DNA of 39,510 nt from Ornithinimicrobium sp. (GTDB lineage: Bacteria > Actinomycetota > Actinomycetes > Actinomycetales > Dermatophilaceae): assembly GCA_035581545.1 (NCBI GenBank), contig DATISK010000220.1:1-39510 (forward strand). The letters are read 5' to 3'. The position numbers and the translations under genes were made by a program. The first letter of the stretch is position 1, and each line of letters begins with the position of its first letter. Shown here one piece after another: positions 29,587-39,510 of this stretch. The notes under the pieces were generated by a model. The model saw only the letters and a list, made by a program, of their open reading frames with translations. It had not been told where the DNA came from and did not search any database.

Positions 29587-29682
29587 GTCCGTGCTCCTTC
29601 GTTGCTCGTGGTGGGTGCGCCTACCTTCGACCGACCTCCGGCCGCCGCCCCCTCGGAGGGGTCTCGTCCCGTGTCCTGTCAG

Positions 29683-29704
29683 ACGCTAGGTGCCGCCACC
29701 GACA
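29683..29704 (-). promoter_or_regulatory. PafBC/RecA-NDp-type promoter of recA
   Basis: TGTCGG-N10-TAGCGT matches the consensus TGTCGG-N10-TA-N3-T. Confidence 0.8.
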
Positions 29705-29772
29705 GACCCGCCCGCCCACGGCATACCTGTGGACGGCCGGCCCCGCCGGGGGGACCATGGGGACGAGCGTAG

Positions 29773-29788
29773 TCGAAAGTCTGTACGA
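29773..29788. promoter_or_regulatory. LexA SOS box next to a TACGCT -10 (second recA promoter)
   Basis: TCGAAAgtctGTACGA versus consensus TCGAAC-N4-GTTCGA (2 mismatches). Confidence 0.6.
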
Positions 29789-29846
29789 ACCGGCGGCGCG
29801 CCGGCCGGCGTGTCACGCGACCCATGTGACCACTACACTTCGTCGT

Positions 29847-30660
29847 ATGGAGGTCGGGCGGTCCGTCGCGGGCCCCGCCCGGGGCCGTCGTCCGCACGGT
29901 CCCGACGTCGGCCACCGCCCACGCCGCCGCCGGCCCGGCTGGGTGCCCAACCAGCACGGTGCCTGGGCGATGCTCACCGCCCCCCCTGCTCGTCGGCACC
30001 CTGGCCACCGGACCCCGCTGGCCCCACCTCGTGCTGGCCGCCTTCTGGTTCGCCGGCTTCCTAGCCTTCTTCGCCACCACCCTGTGGCTCAGGTCCCGGC
30101 GCCGGCCCCGCTACCTGCCACCCGTGCGCGCCTACGCGGCGGGGGCCGCCGTGCTCGGGCTCGCGCTGCTCTGGCTGGAACCGACCCTCGTGCGCTGGGC
30201 CCCGTTGTTCGCGGTCCCCCTCGGGGTCGGGATGGTCGCCTCGGCCACCCGCCACGAGCGGGCTCTGCCCGCCGGCGTGGCGACCGCGGCCGGGTCCAGC
30301 CTGATGACCCCGGTGGCCTACGACCTGGGTCACGGTGACCGGTGGGACGTGGCCTGGATCCTCACCGCGGTCCTGGCGGCCTACTTCACCGGCACCGTCC
30401 TCTACGTCAAGAGCGCCATCCGGGAGCGCGGCAGCGCCGGCTTCCTCCTCCTCTCGGTGGGCTACCACCTGCTCCTGGTCGTCCTCGCGGCCACCCTGCT
30501 TCCCGGACCGGCGCGGGTCCCGTTCGGGGTGCTGGCCGTGGTGCTCGCGGGCCGGGCCGCCCTGGTGCCGCGACGGGGATGGAGCCCCGCCCGGCTCGGG
30601 GTCGGTGAGATCGTCGCCACGCTCGCGGTCGTCACGCTCGCGCTCACCACGGTCGGTTGA
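29847..30660 (+). pseudogene. YwiC-like membrane protein, frameshifted in a C7 run (29980-29986)
   Basis: WVPNQHGAWAML in one frame; the rest (GTVLYVKSAIRER, LGVGEI) in another; removing one C restores the frame. Confidence 0.85.
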
Positions 30661-30772
30661 CCCTTCCGCGACGTCAACGACCGCGTCCCCGCTCCCCTAC
30701 ACTGGCTGCCAGTCCGGGACCTCCGACGCCGACGTCATCCCGTGCGTCCCTGCCCCCTGCCCAGGAAGCACC

Positions 30773-33150
<2,378 letters not shown>

Positions 33151-33240
33151 ACCGGTCGGGTCGCGGCACGGGGCCGTCAGGACGGGCGTGGCGCATCAGG
33201 CGCGGGTGACAAGCCGGGCGGCACGGTCCACAGTGGGTCC

Positions 33241-33714
33241 ATGACCGACAACGACGCCAGCACGACCCTGACCGAGGACGAGCAGGCGCTGGTCAAGCGC
33301 TCCGCCTTCGGCGCCATCGCCCTCGTCTCACGCTCCGACCCCGGCTTCCTCGCGATGTTCAAGGAGTCGATGGCCGGGTCCAAGGCCTTCCAGGAGGCTC
33401 CCCCGGCCGTCCAGGAGCTGCTCCGCGACGGGGGCTTCCCCACGCCCCCGACCGGGTCGCCCGCCGAGGTCGAGCAGACCGTGCTCGACGAGCTCGGGCG
33501 GGCCGTCGACGTGCTCCGGGCCAAGGCGCCCGCGCAGGCGGACGGCTACCGCGACGTGGTCCTCGCCGCGGCCGACCGGGTGGCCCAGGCCTCGGACGGG
33601 GTCGCGCCCGAGGAACGGGCGATGATCGAGAAGATCCGCGCGGCCGTCTCCGGCGGCCTGGCCGGCGAGCCGCCCGTGGGCGACACGGCCACGGACGCCC
33701 CGCCGCAGACCTGA
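33241..33714 (+). CDS. Hypothetical protein (possible TerB-like helical fold)
   Basis: GC3-biased ORF; VAQASDGVAPEERAMIEKI resembles TerB-like motifs (weak). Confidence 0.75.
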   Translation: MTDNDASTTLTEDEQALVKRSAFGAIALVSRSDPGFLAMFKESMAGSKAFQEAPPAVQELLRDGGFPTPPTGSPAEVEQTVLDELGRAVDVLRAKAPAQADGYRDVVLAAADRVAQASDGVAPEERAMIEKIRAAVSGGLAGEPPVGDTATDAPPQT

Positions 33715-33751
33715 GGCGCGCCTCCACGACGGAGGCACCACGCCGCCGTCC

Positions 33752-33976
33752 TCAGGAGCGGGTGCGCCGCCGGTCGGGCAGGTAGTGGTGCTCCGGGGGC
33801 ACGTCCAGGTCGCGGACGACCGCCTCCCACACCCGGCGCACCGGGTCCCCGTCCGCGAGCGCCTGCTCGGCGGTTCGGCTGCCGAGGGACCCCAGCGCCT
33901 GACCCTGCGCCACGAGCGCGGCATACCCCTGCCCGAACTCCTGCTCCATCAGGGCCCAGAACTCGCTCAACCGCAC
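33752..33976 (-). CDS. DUF3046 family protein
   Basis: MRLSEFWALMEQEFG..Y...LGSRTAEQAL..G....VW. Confidence 0.9.
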   Translation of the reverse strand: MRLSEFWALMEQEFGQGYAALVAQGQALGSLGSRTAEQALADGDPVRRVWEAVVRDLDVPPEHHYLPDRRRTRS

Positions 33977-33985
33977 CGCGCCAGC

Positions 33986-34912
33986 CTACCCACCGCCGGC
34001 CAGGGCGACGACCAGCAGCATCGCGGGCGCCGCCAGCACGGTGGTGACGAAGACGCTGTCGCGGGCGATGTCCTCGCCGCGCCCGTACGCCACCGCCAGG
34101 ACGAACACGTTCTGCGCGGTCGGCAGCGTGGACATCACGACGACGGCGAGCACCTCCGGGCCGGGCAGGCCCAGCACCGGACCGGCGACCAGGCCGGCGA
34201 CGGCGGGCATCAGCCCCAGCTTGAGCAGGACGACCGCGCCGAGCTCGGCCAGGTTGCCCCGGCCGCGCGGCATCGGCGAGAGCCGCAGGGAGATGCCGAA
34301 GGCCAGCAGCATCCCCGGGATCGCCAGGCCGCCGACGAGCTCCACCGGGGCCCGGACGGCCGTGGGCAGCGTGAGACCGGTCAGCGCGACGACGAGCCCG
34401 AGCATGCTGCCGATCGTCAGCGGGTTGGTGACCGGCGAGCGCAGCAGCCGTCCCACCGACACCCGGCCCGACTGGCTGGCGTCCAGCGCCGCCAGCCAGG
34501 CCGGCTGGAGGACGAGCAGCTGCATGAGGATGATCGGCGCGGACCAGGAGGGATCACCCAGGACGTAGATCGCGATCGGCAGCCCCAGGTTGTTGGAGTT
34601 GACGTAGCTCACGCTCATGCCCCCCATGAGGGCGTGCGTCAGGCTGCGCCGCAGGACCACCCGGGCCAGGACGAGGTAGGCCGCAGCCGTCACCACCACG
34701 CCCGCCACCGTGGCGACGAGGAAGCCGGAGAAGATGACGCCGACGTCGGCGTCGGCCACGACGAGGAAGAGCAGCGCCGGCGAGCCGACCCAGAAGGTCA
34801 GCCGGGCCAGCACCTGCTGCTCCGTGCGGCCGAACAGACGTGTGTGCGCGAGCAGCCAGCCGACCGCGACGACCGCCGCGATCAGCCAGAAGCCCTGGAG
34901 GACGGCCGCCAC
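33986..34912 (-). CDS. AEC (auxin efflux carrier) family transporter
   Basis: PALLF, NSNNLGLPI, NPL, KLGLMP, LPTAQNVF; about 10 TM segments. Confidence 0.92.
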   Translation of the reverse strand: MAAVLQGFWLIAAVVAVGWLLAHTRLFGRTEQQVLARLTFWVGSPALLFLVVADADVGVIFSGFLVATVAGVVVTAAAYLVLARVVLRRSLTHALMGGMSVSYVNSNNLGLPIAIYVLGDPSWSAPIILMQLLVLQPAWLAALDASQSGRVSVGRLLRSPVTNPLTIGSMLGLVVALTGLTLPTAVRAPVELVGGLAIPGMLLAFGISLRLSPMPRGRGNLAELGAVVLLKLGLMPAVAGLVAGPVLGLPGPEVLAVVVMSTLPTAQNVFVLAVAYGRGEDIARDSVFVTTVLAAPAMLLVVALAGGG

Positions 34913-34949
34913 GGGGACCATTGTGGACCGCGCTGCTAGCCTGCGTGGA

Positions 34950-36785
34950 ATGCGCGACCCCCGGTCCGGCGACGGCCATCTCCACGACGACGACTACCTC
35001 ACCGGCGACGGTGGTGTCACCCCCGAGCTCCTCGACCTGCGTCCGCGCACGCCCCGCACGGTCGCCTCGCTCTACGAGAAGCGTCCCGGGCTGAACCCGA
35101 CGGAGGCGGCCCGTGCGTTCATCGCCTCGGTCGGGCTCCAGGAGCGCTACGGGCACCTGCGCGTCGTGGACGACCTCATCGGCCTGCAGCGCAAGGTCGG
35201 GGACACGATCGAGCGCTACACCGACAAGCTGACCAGCGCCGAGGCCCGCAGCGGCTCCGTGGAGTCGGCCAAGTTCGGCATCGGCCAGTTCCGCGGGCAC
35301 AAGGCCGTGGTCTACGTGGTCGACTGGTCCTTCTTCGCCGGGTCCCTCGGCGAGGTCGCCGGTGAGAAGTTCGTCCAGGCCGCCGAGCTGGCCGAGCGCG
35401 AGAAGCTGCCCCTGGTGAGCATGGGCGCCTCCTCCGGGGTGCGCCAGCACGAGAACGTGCTGGGCCTGATCCAGATGCAGCGGATGGCCGCGGCCGCCAA
35501 CAAGTTCCAGCACACCACGAACCGGCCCTACATCAGCGTCCTCGCCGGGCAGGTGTGGGGCGGGATGTCGGCCAGCGCGGTCCCCAGCGCCGACCTCATC
35601 ATCGCGCTCGAGGGCACCGACTACGGCTTCGCCGGTCGGCGGGTCATCGAGACGTTCGAGGGCAAGGAGGTCCCCCGCGGCCTGCAGAGCGCGGAGGCCA
35701 ACTACCTGGACCGCAACGTCGACGTGCTCGTCAAGGGCGTGGAGGAGCTCGTCGAGCTGCTGGGGCGGGTGTTCGAGGCGGGCCGCTCCACCCACCGGAT
35801 CAGGGACCGCCTCCGCGACCGGGGGCAGGACACCGAGGACACCGGCCGCGAGATCGCCGTGGGCCCGGAGGGCTTCTCGGCCGCGCTCTGGGACCGGCAG
35901 GCCGTGGAGCGCAGGGTGCACCTGCCCCGTGACCGGAGGGACCGCGGCCGGGCGACCGCCGGCGAGACGCTGATCGCCCGCTACAACGAGATCGCCGCCG
36001 GGGCGGGGCGGCTGGACACCGAGTTCCTGCTCCGGACGGTCTTCGACTCGGCCGTCCCCTTCTACAACCACGTCCGGTTCGAGGAGGACACGATCTATCC
36101 GCACGTCGTGGCCGCGCTGGCCACGATCGGGGACCACTCCTTCATGGTCATCGGCGACCAGCCCTCCTACCGCATCAGCGGGGACTACGTGGGCAAGCGC
36201 CCGCCCAACCCCGGCCCCGAGGACTACGAGTACGCCGTGCGGATGATGGACGCCGCCGAGCGGTGGGAGCTGCCCATCGTCTTCCTCACCGACACCCTGG
36301 GTGCGCTGCCGACGATGGCCGCCGAGCGTCGTGGCCAGTCCCGGGCGATCGCCCAGTGCATCAAGCGGGCCGCCTCCCACCCCTACCCCACCGTCGCGGT
36401 CATCACCGGTGCGATGGGCAGCGGCGGCGGGCTGGCCACGACCCCGTTCGGCCGGCACACCGTGATGTTCGACAGCGCCCTCGGCTTCGTCTCCGAGCCG
36501 CGCTCGACCGCCACGATCCTCTACAACGTGGCCAACCCCTCCGTCGAGCAGGTGGCGATGACCCTGGAGACGATGAAGGCCTCGGCCGACGACCTGCGCT
36601 CCCAGGGCCTGGTCGACACCATCGTCACCGACGGCGACCACCCCGGGGCCACCGCCCGGGCGCTGCGGGCCTCGATCGTGGAGGGCTACAACGACCAGCA
36701 CGGCCTGAGCCCGCGCCGGCTGCGGCAGAAGGCCGACGACCGTCTCCGGCCGCGCACCCTGGGCAAGCTCGCCTCCACGGACTGA
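34950..36785 (+). CDS. Fused acetyl-CoA carboxylase carboxyltransferase beta-alpha (AccD-AccA-like)
   Basis: Beta half: FFAGSLG, SSGVRQHE, LIQM, GGMSAS, GFAGRRVIE, QSAE. Alpha half: PEDY..AVRMM.AAERWELPIVFLTDT.GA, AERRGQSRAIA, GSGGGLA. Confidence 0.85.
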   Translation: MRDPRSGDGHLHDDDYLTGDGGVTPELLDLRPRTPRTVASLYEKRPGLNPTEAARAFIASVGLQERYGHLRVVDDLIGLQRKVGDTIERYTDKLTSAEARSGSVESAKFGIGQFRGHKAVVYVVDWSFFAGSLGEVAGEKFVQAAELAEREKLPLVSMGASSGVRQHENVLGLIQMQRMAAAANKFQHTTNRPYISVLAGQVWGGMSASAVPSADLIIALEGTDYGFAGRRVIETFEGKEVPRGLQSAEANYLDRNVDVLVKGVEELVELLGRVFEAGRSTHRIRDRLRDRGQDTEDTGREIAVGPEGFSAALWDRQAVERRVHLPRDRRDRGRATAGETLIARYNEIAAGAGRLDTEFLLRTVFDSAVPFYNHVRFEEDTIYPHVVAALATIGDHSFMVIGDQPSYRISGDYVGKRPPNPGPEDYEYAVRMMDAAERWELPIVFLTDTLGALPTMAAERRGQSRAIAQCIKRAASHPYPTVAVITGAMGSGGGLATTPFGRHTVMFDSALGFVSEPRSTATILYNVANPSVEQVAMTLETMKASADDLRSQGLVDTIVTDGDHPGATARALRASIVEGYNDQHGLSPRRLRQKADDRLRPRTLGKLASTD

Positions 36786-36800
36786 GGACCGGGCCGGGGC

Positions 36801-38741
36801 TCAGCTCGTCCAGGCCCGCCAGAGCGCGGCGTACTCCCCGCCGGCGGCGATGAGCTCGTCGTGGCTGCCCAGCTCGACGATCCGCCCCTCCTGCACCACC
36901 GCGATGCGGTCCGCGTCGTGCGCGGTGTGCAGCCGGTGGGCGATCGCCACCACGGTGCGCCCGGTCAGCAGGGCGTGCATCGACCCCTCCAGGTGACGGG
37001 CGGTGCGCGGGTCGATCAGGCTGGTCGCCTCGTCCAGGACGAGCGTGTGCGGGTCGGCGAGGATGAGCCGCGCCAGGGCTACCTGCTGCGCCTGGCCCGG
37101 GGTGAGCACGTGGTGACCCGACCCCAGCACCGTGCCCAGCCCGCCCGGCAGGGCCCGCACCCAGGCCTGCGCGTCCACGGTCTCCAGCGCGCGCCATACC
37201 TGTTCGTCGGGGGCGTCCTCGCGCGCGAGGGCGACGTTGTCGCGCAGGCTGCCGCGGAAGACGTGGTGCTCCTGGGTGACGAGGGCGACCTGCCGGCGCA
37301 GCTCCGCCAGGGGCAGCGCGACGAGGTCGACCCCGCCGACCGTCGCCGACCCGGTGCGCGGGGCGTGGATGCCGGCGAGCAGCCGTCCCAGGGTCGACTT
37401 GCCCGAGCCGGACGGCCCGACCACGGCCAGCCGCTCCCCCGGGACCAGGTCCAGGTCGATGCCGTGCAGGACGTCCTGCCCCTCGCGGTAGGCGTAGGTC
37501 AGGTGCCGACCGACCAGGTGGTCGTCCGTCGGCCGCGCGCTGCCCTCGGTGCGGTCCGGCGGCACCTCGGCGATGCCCAGCAGCCGGGTCGTGGACGCGA
37601 TGCCGACCTGCAGCCGGTCCACGGTGCCGACGAGCCGGTCGAAGGGCCCGTAGAAGGTCTCGATGTAGAGCATCGCCGCGGTGATCTGGCCCAGCGTGAC
37701 CAGGCCCCGGGCGTGCAGGTAGGCACCGACCCCGAGCGTGACGACCCGGGGCAGGGAGAAGGCCATGTCCATCACCGCGAACAGCACGTTGCGCAGGGTC
37801 AGCCCGTAGCGCTCGGCCTGGGCGCTGACCTCGACGTCGTCCCGGCCGGTGCGCCGCCGCTCCTCCTGCAGCTCCAGCGCCTCCACCGTGCGGGCCCCCT
37901 CGACGGTCTCGGTGAGGGTGGTGCTGATCCCGCTGTAGGTGGCCCCCTCGAGCAGGTAGGCCGCCGGGGCGCGCCGCAGGTAGCGGCGGATCTGCTCCAT
38001 CGACAGCGACGCGGTCACCAGCGTCGGCAGGGCCAGCGCCCAGGAGTTGACCACCATCGCCACCACCGTCAGCAGCACCGTGACCAGGCCGATGACGAAC
38101 TCGGGCAGGGCCCAGCGGACCGCGCCGCTCATCGACCCCACGTCCCGGGTCACGCGGGTCACCAGGTCACCGGTGCCGGTGGACTCCACGGTCCCCAGCG
38201 GAAGCCGCAGGACCGCCCGGACGACGTGCTCGCGGGCCTCGGCGAGGACGTCCTGCCCGAGCACGGCGGCCAGCCACTTGGCCAGGTGGGTCAGCACGGC
38301 CTGGGCGACGAGCACGCCGGTGACGACGGCGACGAAGGTGGTCAGGACCGAGCCGGACGGGCTGCCGCCGGCGTCGACGACGGCGTCGACGAGGCGTCCC
38401 AGGAGCAGCGGGACCGCCAGTCCTGCGGCCGCCGCGAGGCCGTTGGCGAGCACGACCAGCAGCACGAGCGCGGCGCGGCTGCGCAGCAGACCGCCCAGGT
38501 AGCGCACCACGGTCGGCGTCGAGGCCACGGGCAGCCCCCGGACCGGGTCCAGCGCCACGGCCAGGTGGGCCTCGGCGCGGCGCCGTCGCACGTCGTGGCG
38601 CTGCCACAGCAGCCGGTGGCGCTCCCGCAGGCCGACCGACCCCGGGGCGGGCGGCCGCAGCACCGCCGGCACCGCCGGCTCCTCCCCGCCCCGGTCGACC
38701 CAGGTGGCGCTCCGGCCGGTCTCCTCCACCGGGGCGCTCAC
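36801..38741 (-). CDS. ABC exporter, fused TMD-NBD subunit
   Basis: GDLVTRVTRD TMD, GPSGSGKS, LDEATS, IAHRL. Confidence 0.93.
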   Translation of the reverse strand: MSAPVEETGRSATWVDRGGEEPAVPAVLRPPAPGSVGLRERHRLLWQRHDVRRRRAEAHLAVALDPVRGLPVASTPTVVRYLGGLLRSRAALVLLVVLANGLAAAAGLAVPLLLGRLVDAVVDAGGSPSGSVLTTFVAVVTGVLVAQAVLTHLAKWLAAVLGQDVLAEAREHVVRAVLRLPLGTVESTGTGDLVTRVTRDVGSMSGAVRWALPEFVIGLVTVLLTVVAMVVNSWALALPTLVTASLSMEQIRRYLRRAPAAYLLEGATYSGISTTLTETVEGARTVEALELQEERRRTGRDDVEVSAQAERYGLTLRNVLFAVMDMAFSLPRVVTLGVGAYLHARGLVTLGQITAAMLYIETFYGPFDRLVGTVDRLQVGIASTTRLLGIAEVPPDRTEGSARPTDDHLVGRHLTYAYREGQDVLHGIDLDLVPGERLAVVGPSGSGKSTLGRLLAGIHAPRTGSATVGGVDLVALPLAELRRQVALVTQEHHVFRGSLRDNVALAREDAPDEQVWRALETVDAQAWVRALPGGLGTVLGSGHHVLTPGQAQQVALARLILADPHTLVLDEATSLIDPRTARHLEGSMHALLTGRTVVAIAHRLHTAHDADRIAVVQEGRIVELGSHDELIAAGGEYAALWRAWTS

Positions 38742-39510
38742 GGGTGCACCTCCTGGGCCATGCCGGGACGGTGGGCGTCCGGGGCGGCACCGGGGTGGGC
38801 GGCTCGCTGCGGCGGTGGGGGTATGGGGTGCGCGTCGGCCCCGTCCTCCACGGGGTCGCCCCGCAGGACCGTCCGCCGGTAGCCGGCATGGGTGGCCACG
38901 AGCTCCTCGTGCGTGCCGACGGCGACGACCCGGTCGTCGGCGAGCAGCGCGACCTCGTCGGCGTGGTGCAGGAGCAGCGGGGAGGACGTGACGACCACGG
39001 TGGTCCGTCCCCGGCGGTGGCGGGGCAGCCGCTCACCGATCCGGGCCTCGGTGTGGGCGTCCACGGCCGAGGTGGGTTCGACGAGCACGAGGACCGGGAC
39101 GTCCGCGGCCAGGGCGCGGGCCAGCACGAGCCGCTGGCGCTGGCCGCCGGACAGGCCGCGCCCCCGCTCGTCCAGCCGACCCTGCCACCCGCCGGGGAGG
39201 GTGTCGTAGACGTCCTCGGCGGCGGCCGCGGTCAGGGCCGCCTCGGCCTCCCGTGGGCCGAGCCGGTCGTGCGGGTCGACGGCCTGCTGCAGGGTCCCGG
39301 CGAAGACCTGGGCGCCGGCGTCGCTGACGAGCACCAGCCGTCGGAGCTGGGCCAGCGGCAGGTCGGCCAGATCGGTGCCGGCCAGGGTGACGCCCCACGC
39401 GCCCTCGGCCCGGAGCTGGTCGGCCCGCTCGAGCCGGGCGCGCGCGGCGGCCCGCTCGCGCCGGGCGGTGCGGGCAGCACCCCCGGAGGCCTCGTCGTCC
39501 TCCTCGGGCA
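38738..39510 (-). CDS. ABC exporter partner subunit (partial, degenerate NBD); 5' end lies outside the window
   Basis: LSGGQRQR, degenerate Walker B VLVEPTSAVD, H-loop replaced by TSSP; frame open to the window edge. Confidence 0.88.
   Translation of the reverse strand, partial: PEEDDEASGGAARTARRERAAARARLERADQLRAEGAWGVTLAGTDLADLPLAQLRRLVLVSDAGAQVFAGTLQQAVDPHDRLGPREAEAALTAAAAEDVYDTLPGGWQGRLDERGRGLSGGQRQRLVLARALAADVPVLVLVEPTSAVDAHTEARIGERLPRHRRGRTTVVVTSSPLLLHHADEVALLADDRVVAVGTHEELVATHAGYRRTVLRGDPVEDGADAHPIPPPPQRAAHPGAAPDAHRPGMAQEVHP

Noticed and set aside
29811-29840. Possible CRP/GlxR site upstream of the YwiC-like gene
   Set aside because: Half-site spacing does not fit TGTGA-N6-TCACA

Overview
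Very GC-rich (about 75% by eye) actinobacterial chromosome segment. Gene content and order suggest Micrococcales, Ornithinimicrobium/Serinicoccus-like, which is an inference. Positions 1-3170 look like the decayed end of a genomic island next to the tmRNA gene: an IS-truncated ORF, a complete IS21-family element (istA/istB) with no target duplication, an apparent integrase/relaxase fusion scar and arm-type repeats. The core genome follows: ssrA, a CBS protein, smpB, a coiled-coil M23 hydrolase interrupted by an in-frame TAG, ftsEX, an aldehyde dehydrogenase, prfB, a DinB protein, an NMO-like Fe-S flavoprotein behind a triple palindromic operator, ArsC-like and HAD genes, a tad/Flp pilus cluster divergent from an FHA-FtsK (EccC-like) ATPase, miaB, recX-recA with PafBC and LexA elements, a frameshifted YwiC-like gene, ask-asd, DUF3046, an AEC transporter, an orphan fused AccD-AccA carboxyltransferase and an ABC exporter pair. 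The most unusual signals are a recurrent GGGTATGC motif restricted to host DNA, a 24-bp stem flanking the pre-tmRNA, the operator-controlled FabX-like candidate and the tad/FHA-FtsK divergon. All calls come from reading the sequence; no database searches were run.
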